Source: Spirochaetota bacterium
GTDB lineage: Bacteria; Spirochaetota; UBA4802; UBA5550
DNA length: 64,000 nt
Direction of reading: 5' to 3'
Assembly (NCBI GenBank): GCA_963663865.1
Contig: OY760686.1
Span: forward strand, 3,008,001 to 3,072,000
Each line of letters starts with the position of its first letter. Position 1 is the first letter of the stretch. Positions 38,932-47,599 of this stretch are shown here, one piece after another. Made by a program: the position numbers and the translations under genes. A model generated the notes under the pieces. The model had not been told where the DNA came from, did no database searches, and saw nothing but the letters and a program-made list of their open reading frames with translations.

Positions 38932-40092
38932 ATGAAAAGAGCATCAAATGTACTTTTACTCATTTTTTCAGCGCTTATGCTTCTCTGCGTAAACGCCTTT
39001 GCCCAGGACGCAGCAACAGACGCTTCTGACCCGGCAGCCACAGAGGTCAACGAAGACGGACACAGCACCGATACTGAAGGAGAGTCATCCGCTCCGGCAG
39101 AACAGCCGGCAGAGGAAAATGAAGCAACAGTCACTGACGAGGACGCCTCTATCGATTCAGCAGCGAAGCTCTACGAAAATGAGCAGATCGTTGCCTTAAA
39201 AGGCACTCCAAAGGCCTACACTGACGGATTCAACAACTACGTAAATAACAAGGTACGATTCGAGCTTTCGACCGTAGACAACATAATAACCGGTGAGATA
39301 TTCTATAAAGTTGACGATCAGGCAGAGCAGAAATACAGCGGCCCCTTCTCAATTAAAGAAGAGGGAGCGCATGTAATATACTACTACAGCGTCGACAAAA
39401 TGGGAAACAGGGAAATGCAGAAAAGCATGAACGTTATCGTTGACGCCACATCTCCCCAGGTTGCAGTTACTATAACCGCTCCCTTCGCAAAAACCGGCGA
39501 ACAGATTTACGCCTCAGATAAGTTCAGCTACAACTACTCAATTGAATCAAAAGATGCCATGACCGGCGTTGCCTCGACTGTTTATTCGCTGGAAGGCCAG
39601 GAAGCAAGGGAGTACATGAAGCCTTTCGTCGTAAATTCACCGGCCCCGGTTAAAATCAATGTGGCTTCAGAAGACAAAGTTGGCAACCTTACACAGAAGT
39701 ACACAACAAAGATAATTGATGAAAACGGACAGCTGCTGGCCTCCAGCATTGACGACATCACAATCCTCATCGACAAAACAGCTCCAGAGGTTTCAATTAA
39801 ACCAGACAAGGAATTCGTCGACAAGGAAGGAATCAAGGTTGCTTCAAAAGACTACAAGTATACGATCAGCGCTCTTGATACCGAATCAGGCGTTAAAGCA
39901 GTATACTACAGAATCGACAGCAAGAGCGATTTCATCCTTTATACCGGTGAAATCACTTTCAATACAAACGGTAATCACAAAATTGAAGCGATCGCGAAAG
40001 ATGGAGTCGGGAATGTAAGCAAAACCGCTGAACTCGATGTTTTTGTGGATACACTTCCTGCTGAAACAGGCTTGAAGTTCATTACCGAATAG
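38932..40092 (+). CDS. Exported protein with OmpL47-type Ig/beta-sandwich repeats
   Basis: GGAGG RBS, signal peptide, acidic linker and three repeats of the type YSGPFSIKEEGAHVIYYYSVDKMGN / DTESGVKAVYYRID...YTGEITFNTNGNHKIEAIAKDGVGN. Confidence 0.8.
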   Translation: MKRASNVLLLIFSALMLLCVNAFAQDAATDASDPAATEVNEDGHSTDTEGESSAPAEQPAEENEATVTDEDASIDSAAKLYENEQIVALKGTPKAYTDGFNNYVNNKVRFELSTVDNIITGEIFYKVDDQAEQKYSGPFSIKEEGAHVIYYYSVDKMGNREMQKSMNVIVDATSPQVAVTITAPFAKTGEQIYASDKFSYNYSIESKDAMTGVASTVYSLEGQEAREYMKPFVVNSPAPVKINVASEDKVGNLTQKYTTKIIDENGQLLASSIDDITILIDKTAPEVSIKPDKEFVDKEGIKVASKDYKYTISALDTESGVKAVYYRIDSKSDFILYTGEITFNTNGNHKIEAIAKDGVGNVSKTAELDVFVDTLPAETGLKFITE

Positions 40093-40181
40093 CGCTGCGG
40101 CCCGGATTCAGCCGCACCTAAACACCCTGACTCTGGCTGTTTTATACGCCAGGCAGGGTTATTGATACGAGGAGGACTTCA

Positions 40182-40748
40182 ATGAACAACAAAGCATTTG
40201 CAGCAATATCAGCAATATCAGCTTTCTTTTTAGTGTCTTGTTCATCGGCACAGAAGGAAGATACGCCGCTCGTCAAGAACTACGGGCAGGGTACCACCTG
40301 CTCTGAAGGCAACTGCCTTGACGGAACAGGCAAGGTGAAATTCCCAAAGGGTGAGGAATATTCGGGGACTCTCGTACAAGGTAAGGTTGCGGGAACCGGA
40401 GTCATGACCTGGCCGAGCGGAGGCAAATATGAAGGAGCTTTCGCCGAAAACACCCGCACGGGGAAGGGAACATATGTCTACCCTAACGGCGACACCTATA
40501 CAGGCGATTTTTCCGACAACCTCAAAACCGGTACGGGCGAGTACAAATGGAAAGACGGCGATGTTTACAGCGGCTCCTGGAAAGACGGCAAGCCCAACGG
40601 TACAGGGACCTATACCTGGTCAAGCGGTGTTAAATATGAAGGCGAGTGGAAAGACGGGATGATGCATGGCAAAGGAACCATAACCTGGCCCGATTCATCT
40701 CAGGTTTTCGGAGTCTTCAGCGAAAACAAACTTGTAAGCGAACAGTAG
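40182..40748 (+). CDS. MORN-repeat lipoprotein
   Basis: Lipobox LVSC and tandem YxGxWxxGxxxGxGxYxWxxG repeats. Confidence 0.9.
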   Translation: MNNKAFAAISAISAFFLVSCSSAQKEDTPLVKNYGQGTTCSEGNCLDGTGKVKFPKGEEYSGTLVQGKVAGTGVMTWPSGGKYEGAFAENTRTGKGTYVYPNGDTYTGDFSDNLKTGTGEYKWKDGDVYSGSWKDGKPNGTGTYTWSSGVKYEGEWKDGMMHGKGTITWPDSSQVFGVFSENKLVSEQ

Positions 40749-40770
40749 TCTCAAAAGCTGCTGTTTATAT

Positions 40771-40803
40771 GGGGCTGTCCTAAAACAGGGACGCCCCTTT
40801 TTT
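40771..40803 (+). terminator. Intrinsic terminator
   Basis: GGGGCTGTCC...GGACGCCCC followed by TTTTTT. Confidence 0.65.
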
Positions 40804-41159
40804 ATTCATCCAAAACCATCAAAAGACCTCTTTCTCGAAGCGCAAAGGGTCTTTTAATTTTTCACCTTTCATGATATTTTTCTTTTATTCCCAAAACAGC
40901 TGCCTGAACTGGTTGAACCATATTTCAGCTCATTTTCCCTTAGAATAGGAGCAGCCGGCGCCTATATCGCTTTTTCCTCTGCCAAAACAGATATTTTCTT
41001 GTAATTATAATCACTTTAATATTATTTACACAAAAATGTACTATCTAAACAACCTGATCAGTTTCTCCCGCCGGAAGTGTATCCACTAACCGGCTGCAAA
41101 TAATCTTTATCAGGGAAACGGCTGCAAGCCGGCCATACAAAACAAATACGGAGACAGGA

Positions 41160-42008
41160 ATGCACATCATTCACGAAAACTCACCACTTGGACCGTCAAC
41201 CGGCCGCATGGTCGTTGAGGCCCCCTATATCGCCGGCCACAGAAAGGCTGGACAGTTCATAATCTTCCGAATCGACGAATATGGAGAGAGGATACCCCTC
41301 ACTATAGTCGATTCAGACTCAGACAGGGGCACAATCACTTTGATTTACCAGGTTGCCGGTAAGTCCACACGACAGCTTTTCGCGATGAAACCGGGCGATA
41401 AAATTCTGGATATCGCAGGTCCGCTCGGCCACCCCACTGAAATAGAAAACTACGGGACTGCGGTGTGTGTGGGCGGCGGAATCGGCGTAGCCCCGGTTTA
41501 CCCAATATCAAAAGCTTTAAAAGAAGCGGGTAACAGAGTAATAACTATTATCGGGGCAAGAAGTAAAGAACTCCTCATTCTTGAGGATGACCTCAAACAA
41601 GTCAGCGACGAGATAATGGTCTGCACTGACGACGGCAGCTATGGAGAAAAAGGTTTTGTAACGCAGCTTCTTCAGCGTGTTATCGACAGGGAAAAAGTAA
41701 ACTTCTGTGTTGCAGTCGGCCCCATCCCCATGATGAACGCTGTAAGCCAGGTCACCAGAGAGCCGGGCATCAAAACGCTTGTGAGCCTGAACTCAATAAT
41801 GATAGACGGCACTGGAATGTGCGGAGGCTGCCGGGTCACCGTGGGAGGCAAAATCAAATTTACCTGTGTTGACGGTCCGGAATTTGACGCTCATGAAGTA
41901 GATTTCACAGAACTATCAAACAGGCTTAATACCTACAGGGAAGAAGAACAGGCCTGTACAGACGCGCATGAATGCAAACTTGAAGGAGCACTGAAAAATG
42001 ACAAATAG
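41160..42008 (+). CDS. nfnA: NADH-dependent reduced ferredoxin:NADP+ oxidoreductase small subunit (SudB/NfnA)
   Basis: AGQFIIFRIDEYGERIPLTI, GPLGHP, GGGIGVAP and MIDGTGMCGGCRV...CVDGPEF (2Fe-2S). Confidence 0.9.
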   Translation: MHIIHENSPLGPSTGRMVVEAPYIAGHRKAGQFIIFRIDEYGERIPLTIVDSDSDRGTITLIYQVAGKSTRQLFAMKPGDKILDIAGPLGHPTEIENYGTAVCVGGGIGVAPVYPISKALKEAGNRVITIIGARSKELLILEDDLKQVSDEIMVCTDDGSYGEKGFVTQLLQRVIDREKVNFCVAVGPIPMMNAVSQVTREPGIKTLVSLNSIMIDGTGMCGGCRVTVGGKIKFTCVDGPEFDAHEVDFTELSNRLNTYREEEQACTDAHECKLEGALKNDK

Positions 42009-43395
42009 AGTACCCAGACAGCCAATGCCTGAACAGCCGCCTCAGGTCAGAAGGAATAACTTCGAGGAAGTTCCGCTTGGATATTCCGAAGAGACCGCGG
42101 TTATTGAGGCGCAGCGATGTATACAATGTAAAAATCCGGGATGCGTTAAAGGATGCCCTGTCGGTATTGACATTCCCGGCTTCATCGCAAGGATTGCCGA
42201 AAAGGATTACAAGGGGGCTTTTGATGTTCTGAAGCTTACAAACAGTCTGCCCGCTGTTTGCGGAAGGGTCTGTCCCCAGGAATCACAGTGCGAAGAACTG
42301 TGCATACTTGCTAAAAAGTTTGAACCGGTAGCCATTGGCAAACTTGAAAGATTCGCGGCCGATTACGATAGAGAGCATACATGCTCAACATGCAGCCCAG
42401 TGGCTGAGAAACGCGCAGAGAAGGTTGCTGTAATCGGCTCCGGTCCGGCCGGACTGACAGTGGCCGGTGACCTTGCAGGAATGGGATACAATGTAACCAT
42501 CTTCGAAGCTCTGCACAGCCCGGGCGGGGTACTCATATACGGGATTCCGGAATTCCGCCTTCCCAAATCAATTGTAGCCTATGAAATTGAAGCCCTTAAG
42601 CACATGGGTGTTGAAATTGTTGTAAACAGGGTAATTGGCATTTCTGAAACAATAAACGACCTGCTCGACCAGGGATTCAGCTCTGTCTTCATCGGAACCG
42701 GAGCGGGAAATCCTAAATTCCTAAACATCGCGGGCGAGAACCTCCAGGGCGTCTATTCGGCAAACGAATACCTCACTCGTGTCAACCTGATGAAATCATA
42801 CCTTTTCCCGAAATACGACACTCCGGTCATCCGGGGACGCAATGTTGCTGTATTCGGCGGGGGAAATGTTGCCATGGACGCAGCAAGAACAGCGCTAAGG
42901 CTTGGAGCCGACAATGTTTATCTCATGTACAGGCGTTCAAGGGAAGAGATGCCGGCACGTATTGAAGAGATACATCATGCCGAAGAAGAAGGTGTCCAGT
43001 TTAAATTTCTGACTAATCCGCTTTCCTTCTCCGGAACAGAAAAAGGAAGGCTGAACGCGGTTCGCTGTGAAGAGATGAAACTCGGCGCCCCTGATGATTC
43101 CGGCAGGAGAAGGCCGATTCCAGTAGAAGGGTCCGAATTTGAAACAGAAATTGACATTGCTATTGTTGCCATAGGCAACGAGCCTAATCCTATTATTCAG
43201 CGAACGACCGCTGATATGCCCACTAACAAGTGGGGCAACATCATCGCAGACGCAGAAACAATGAAAACAGGCAAGCGTGGTGTTTTCGCCGGAGGCGATA
43301 TTGTTTCCGGAGCGGCCACAGTTATTGAAGCTATGGGCGCGGGCCGAAAAGCGGCAAAGGCAATTCACGACTACATCCAGACAGGCAGCTGGTAG
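41998..43395 (+). CDS. nfnB: NADH-dependent reduced ferredoxin:NADP+ oxidoreductase large subunit (SudA/GltA-like NfnB)
   Basis: RCIQCKNPGCVKGCPV, CGRVCPQESQCE, GSGPAG, GGGNVAMD and FAGGDIVSGAATV. Overlaps nfnA. Confidence 0.9.
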   Translation: MTNRVPRQPMPEQPPQVRRNNFEEVPLGYSEETAVIEAQRCIQCKNPGCVKGCPVGIDIPGFIARIAEKDYKGAFDVLKLTNSLPAVCGRVCPQESQCEELCILAKKFEPVAIGKLERFAADYDREHTCSTCSPVAEKRAEKVAVIGSGPAGLTVAGDLAGMGYNVTIFEALHSPGGVLIYGIPEFRLPKSIVAYEIEALKHMGVEIVVNRVIGISETINDLLDQGFSSVFIGTGAGNPKFLNIAGENLQGVYSANEYLTRVNLMKSYLFPKYDTPVIRGRNVAVFGGGNVAMDAARTALRLGADNVYLMYRRSREEMPARIEEIHHAEEEGVQFKFLTNPLSFSGTEKGRLNAVRCEEMKLGAPDDSGRRRPIPVEGSEFETEIDIAIVAIGNEPNPIIQRTTADMPTNKWGNIIADAETMKTGKRGVFAGGDIVSGAATVIEAMGAGRKAAKAIHDYIQTGSW

Positions 43396-43405
43396 CATAT
43401 TATCC

Positions 43406-43436
43406 GACAGGCCGTTTTTTTTTAAAACGGCCTGTC
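43406..43436. terminator. Bidirectional terminator between convergent genes
   Basis: GACAGGCCGTTTT...AAAACGGCCTGTC inverted repeat. Confidence 0.6.
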
Positions 43437-43466
43437 TTTCAAAACCTTCCTAAAAGCTTTTAAATC

Positions 43467-44816
43467 TTAGAGCTTGCCTTCCCAATCGGTTTTTGCCGTC
43501 ATTTTCATGAGAAATACCAGCGCGGCAATTGACGCAACAGTAATCAATAAACCCGTATGCTCAGGAAAGAAAAAGGCGCCGGAAAAGAACCACTGAAATA
43601 TTACCATCCCAACACCGGTAATATAAACAAGCTCCCTGCCTTTTCCAGTAAGCCTGGCGTAATACATGCTTATTCCCGTCGATGCGGACAGGGCAAGAAT
43701 AAGAGCGCCGAAGATGTGCATATAGGAAGCCAAATATGAACCGAGCAGATAAAAGACAAAGAAACCCGAAAGAAGAAACACATGATTAACTGGATGGAGA
43801 GCTATCCCCTTTGATGAAGCAAAAATTACGATAAAGGCCATAAATATAAAAATAACAAGGGGAGCATAGAAGAATATTCGCGAGAAGAACTCGCCATAGT
43901 TTGATGATATAACAAAGTTCAATCCCAGGTCCTGGTCAAGGATGATGCTGGAAGCCTTCCAACGAAGAAGATTACCAGAGCTGTCCGAAACCTGTTCTGC
44001 CGGAGCCATTGTGCCGTCCAGAACGTCAACCTCGCTGAAATCCGTTTTCAGGGAGGCGGTAAAATCCTCCACTTCAATTCTGTTTATTTTTGTATTTTCA
44101 GTCGCGTAGTTTGAATTCATATTGCTGTGCCTCCCATATCGGAAGCTGCCTGTTCCCTGAGCCCTGTAATCTATTTCAAAGATTACGGCTTTCCCGGGAC
44201 CAAGGGATCCAGTCCAGTCGATACCGTCAGCGAAACTCTTATCGCCCCTGTATTCAGAACCATTCATTTTGACCGAAACGTCCGTAATACTTCCGGCCCT
44301 CTCTGGAAGTGTGAAGCTGAAAGTATAGTTTCCCTGAACCTTCTGCGTATTAACGCATTCATACCGGGCCTTGAAACTCAGATTATAGCCCGCGAATTCC
44401 AGAAGGCCTTTTTTTCTTATGTTTGACTTAATGTCAATTTCAACGATGTGTTTTCTGAATCCGTGCTGCAGTTCAATTTTTCGTGTCCTGAATCCGTACT
44501 GTCCTGTTTTATCATTCAGATACTGCTCTTTAATATATGATGCTGTAGTAAAAGACGGGAGAGGTTGTACTACCTCGCCACCCCATATCTTTGCAACCGA
44601 TCTAAAATTCTTGCTGACAGAAGAGCTGTTTCGTTCACTGACCCTGAAGCCGATTGCCACCGACGCGATTGAAAAACCGCCTGCGATTGCCACAATAACC
44701 ATATACCTGAATATCTTTTTTACCAGAGCAGGGTTAACCTGAAAAGCTCTGACCGAAACAATAATAAAAGCGGCCGCCACTATACAAACGGCCAAAAAAA
44801 TAAGCGCTGCTGTCAT
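43467..44816 (-). CDS. CreD-like inner-membrane protein
   Basis: N-terminal TMs, RVSER...WGG periplasmic domain and about 6 C-terminal TMs with the LHPVNH motif (compare CreD HPxQY). Confidence 0.65.
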   Translation of the reverse strand: MTAALIFLAVCIVAAAFIIVSVRAFQVNPALVKKIFRYMVIVAIAGGFSIASVAIGFRVSERNSSSVSKNFRSVAKIWGGEVVQPLPSFTTASYIKEQYLNDKTGQYGFRTRKIELQHGFRKHIVEIDIKSNIRKKGLLEFAGYNLSFKARYECVNTQKVQGNYTFSFTLPERAGSITDVSVKMNGSEYRGDKSFADGIDWTGSLGPGKAVIFEIDYRAQGTGSFRYGRHSNMNSNYATENTKINRIEVEDFTASLKTDFSEVDVLDGTMAPAEQVSDSSGNLLRWKASSIILDQDLGLNFVISSNYGEFFSRIFFYAPLVIFIFMAFIVIFASSKGIALHPVNHVFLLSGFFVFYLLGSYLASYMHIFGALILALSASTGISMYYARLTGKGRELVYITGVGMVIFQWFFSGAFFFPEHTGLLITVASIAALVFLMKMTAKTDWEGKL

Positions 44817-45223
44817 TGTATCCTCCTTTTAATTCTTCAAATCTAACTCCTGGCCTCAACATCAAAGCTAACCGGCCTGAATATTCATTTTCATCTGCAA
44901 AATGACTTTACCTGAATCAGCCAGGATAGTGCAACGATTGATATCAGTTTAACGTTATTATATCAACGAAAAAACACATCCAGTGTTTTCACTAATTGAA
45001 CCCTCCATATTTATATACTCACAATTGTTATTTTGTCAGTCCTTATTCAACTGCTCATATTTAATAGCGATTGAACAATTAAAATCCGATATAAATTATC
45101 CCTTGACTAAGATGCAGCTATGGGTCTCTTTTTATTGAGGATGGACTTCAGCTTTTATGCAGAATCAGCCTTTAAATCCCCACTTAAGCAGGCCCTATTT
45201 TTTATTTGTGTATGGAGGTCAGA

Positions 45224-45988
45224 ATGAAAATCGGAGTTATCGGCTTCGGCAAAACAGGTAAAGCCGTTTCATCAACTATATTAAGAAACTCTAATCTGAG
45301 GCTTGAATGGGTGGTTCGACGTTCAGAGCTTCTTGATCACCGCTCAATACCGGAGTTTTTAGGCGAAGATTCCGATGAGCCCGGCCTGATACTTTCAAGC
45401 AGAAAAATCAAAGCCGGGCCTCTGCTCGACAATATGCCCGTTGATATGATCATCGACTTCTCTTCTCCAACGGGGATCGAATACTACGGGGAAGAAGCGG
45501 CAGAACGCGGTATTACAATAGTAAGCGCTGTCTCTAATTACAATGAAACTACAATCCGGCATCTTAAAAAACTATCTGAGAAAACAACTGTTTTCTGGTC
45601 TCCCAATATTACGGTCGGCGTAAACTATTTAATGATTGCCGCAAAATTTCTTAAAAAAATCGCTCCCGACATAGACATGGTTATCATTGAAGAACATTTC
45701 AGGGACAAGCCGGAAATATCTGGAACAGCAAAAGTCATCGCGGATAATATAGGTATTCCTCACAGTGAAATTAAATCAATACGCGCTGGCGGCATAATTG
45801 GGAAACACGAGGTCATCTGCGGTTTCCCCTTTCAAACAGTCCGCCTGATTCATGAATCAATTACCAGAGAAGCCTTCGGTTCGGGAGTAATCTTTGTCGC
45901 TGAAAACCTTGAAGGCAAACCCGCAGGTTTTTACACCTTCGAAGATCTGTTTATGCCCTATTTCAAATTTGAAAACAGCTTCAACTGA
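45224..45988 (+). CDS. dapB: 4-hydroxy-tetrahydrodipicolinate reductase-like protein
   Basis: GFGKTG, IIDFSSP, WSPNITVGVN, EEHFRDKPEISGTA, SIRAGGIIGKHEV and HESITREAFGSG. GGAGG RBS. Confidence 0.75.
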   Translation: MKIGVIGFGKTGKAVSSTILRNSNLRLEWVVRRSELLDHRSIPEFLGEDSDEPGLILSSRKIKAGPLLDNMPVDMIIDFSSPTGIEYYGEEAAERGITIVSAVSNYNETTIRHLKKLSEKTTVFWSPNITVGVNYLMIAAKFLKKIAPDIDMVIIEEHFRDKPEISGTAKVIADNIGIPHSEIKSIRAGGIIGKHEVICGFPFQTVRLIHESITREAFGSGVIFVAENLEGKPAGFYTFEDLFMPYFKFENSFN

Positions 45989-46083
45989 TACGGCTTCCGG
46001 GCTGCGACCCCCCGGGGTCCTCAGTAAGTCAATATCCTCCCCTAAAAAAAATAAATTTTTTTGACCTGTTAACAGGCTAAGAC

Positions 46084-46124
46084 TTGACTTTATTTAGCAT
46101 TTTAGCTAATTTTAAATTGCTAAA
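46084..46124 (+). promoter_or_regulatory. Putative promoter with overlapping inverted-repeat operator
   Basis: TTGACT-N17-TAATTT overlapped by TTTAGCA(46093)...TGCTAAA(46124). Confidence 0.45.
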
Positions 46125-46209
46125 CATTGAAAAATCTTCCTCCTAAATGATTTTTCCACTTAACCACCCGCGACAAGCGGGTGAATTCTTATGTATATGA
46201 GGAGCAGAG

Positions 46210-47598
46210 ATGAAACATAAAAAAAAGCAAACTGCAGAGCAATCATTAAAAAAAATGAAGCTGATACTGTTATCATCATTAGCATTCACATTTGTCCTTA
46301 CACCTCCAGCCCTTTTCTCCCAGAATAAAAGCGGTCAGCATAACTTTTTAAATATATGGGAAGCGGCAGCCAGTAAATCCTATTCGATACAATCCGCGTC
46401 CTTGAAGACAGAATCATTAAATATCGGATCAGACCGCCTCTCAAGGCACTGGCTCCCTACTGTCAGTATAACGGGAAGGGCCGGGATATCAAATGATCCC
46501 GCTAACGCCCTCATGACGAACCTGTATCAGAGAGGTATTGTTCAGGAGGATTTTAATCCTTCCTATATGAATGAGCCCGGCGCAAACTACATGGGCTCTG
46601 CAGGCGTAAGGCTTGACCTTCCGCTGTATCAGGGCGGAGCGCCGACAGCCGCTGCATCAAGTATGCATCAACAGTCAGAAGCACAGAAACTGCTTTCCGA
46701 TTTTGAAGTACTGAACGAGTACTCCGGCCTATCCTCTGCCTTCGGCAGGCTCATGGCAAGGTTACAGGAAAGAGATGAGCTTAACAGGCTAAAATCCTCG
46801 GTTAAGAGCCTCCTTTCTTCTTACCGCCTCGCGAATAAAAGAAATCCGGTCGGCTATTCCGGTTACCTTTCTCTTGCGTCACTTGAAAACACTATTGAGG
46901 TTCTCACTGAGGAAAATGAAAGCGCCATACTATCCCTGTCCTCCTGGATTAAGTCTCGTTCAGGATTAGCCCCCTCGTTTATTCAGGAAAAAGCTGATGC
47001 CCTTTTATTCGTTAAATCATTTATGTCAATTCCGGACAAGTCACTGCCTGACAGGTCGTTGAGCGTCCTTGCGATGGAAAAACATGCCGCCGCACTGGAA
47101 AAGCAGGCTGAAATAGAAAAAGCCCGTTTTCTGCCGAATGCCGGCATCTTTTCTGAGGCAAATCTCTATTCAGGTGAAAGAAACAGCAGCACATCTTACA
47201 GCGCGGGCGCTTATGTTTCCATGAAGATTTTCTCCGCAGCCGATTATGGAGCTCTCAGGGAAGCCCGCCTAAAGGCTGAGGCGGCTAATCTATCGGCACG
47301 TGATGAATTCGTCAGACAGACCGAAGCGCGAAAATCCCTTTTATCAAGATTGGACTCCGGTATAAAAAGCCTGAATCTCATGAATGAAACATCCTCTCTT
47401 CTTGATGAACAGATTACCACCTCAGTAAGGCTGTTCAACGGAGGGAGGATAACGGCTTCACAGTTGGCAGAAGCATATTCCAAAAAAATTGAGCAGTTAA
47501 AAAACATAACGCTGACACTTGAGAACGTGATAAACACATCAGCAGAGATTATCCTTCTCTCTGAGAGCGTCCCGTCAGCAGCCAGAGGAGAATACTGA
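46210..47598 (+). CDS. TolC-family outer-membrane efflux protein
   Basis: Signal peptide and two OEP repeats (WLPTVSITG, LDLPLYQGG, ARFLPNAGIF, FNGGRIT). Confidence 0.85.
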   Translation: MKHKKKQTAEQSLKKMKLILLSSLAFTFVLTPPALFSQNKSGQHNFLNIWEAAASKSYSIQSASLKTESLNIGSDRLSRHWLPTVSITGRAGISNDPANALMTNLYQRGIVQEDFNPSYMNEPGANYMGSAGVRLDLPLYQGGAPTAAASSMHQQSEAQKLLSDFEVLNEYSGLSSAFGRLMARLQERDELNRLKSSVKSLLSSYRLANKRNPVGYSGYLSLASLENTIEVLTEENESAILSLSSWIKSRSGLAPSFIQEKADALLFVKSFMSIPDKSLPDRSLSVLAMEKHAAALEKQAEIEKARFLPNAGIFSEANLYSGERNSSTSYSAGAYVSMKIFSAADYGALREARLKAEAANLSARDEFVRQTEARKSLLSRLDSGIKSLNLMNETSSLLDEQITTSVRLFNGGRITASQLAEAYSKKIEQLKNITLTLENVINTSAEIILLSESVPSAARGEY

Positions 47599-47599
47599 T

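Noticed and set aside
41998-43395. Second glutamate synthase small subunit (gltD)
   Set aside because: Pairing with a SudB/NfnA gene indicates NfnB, and the true gltD follows gltB at 60573.
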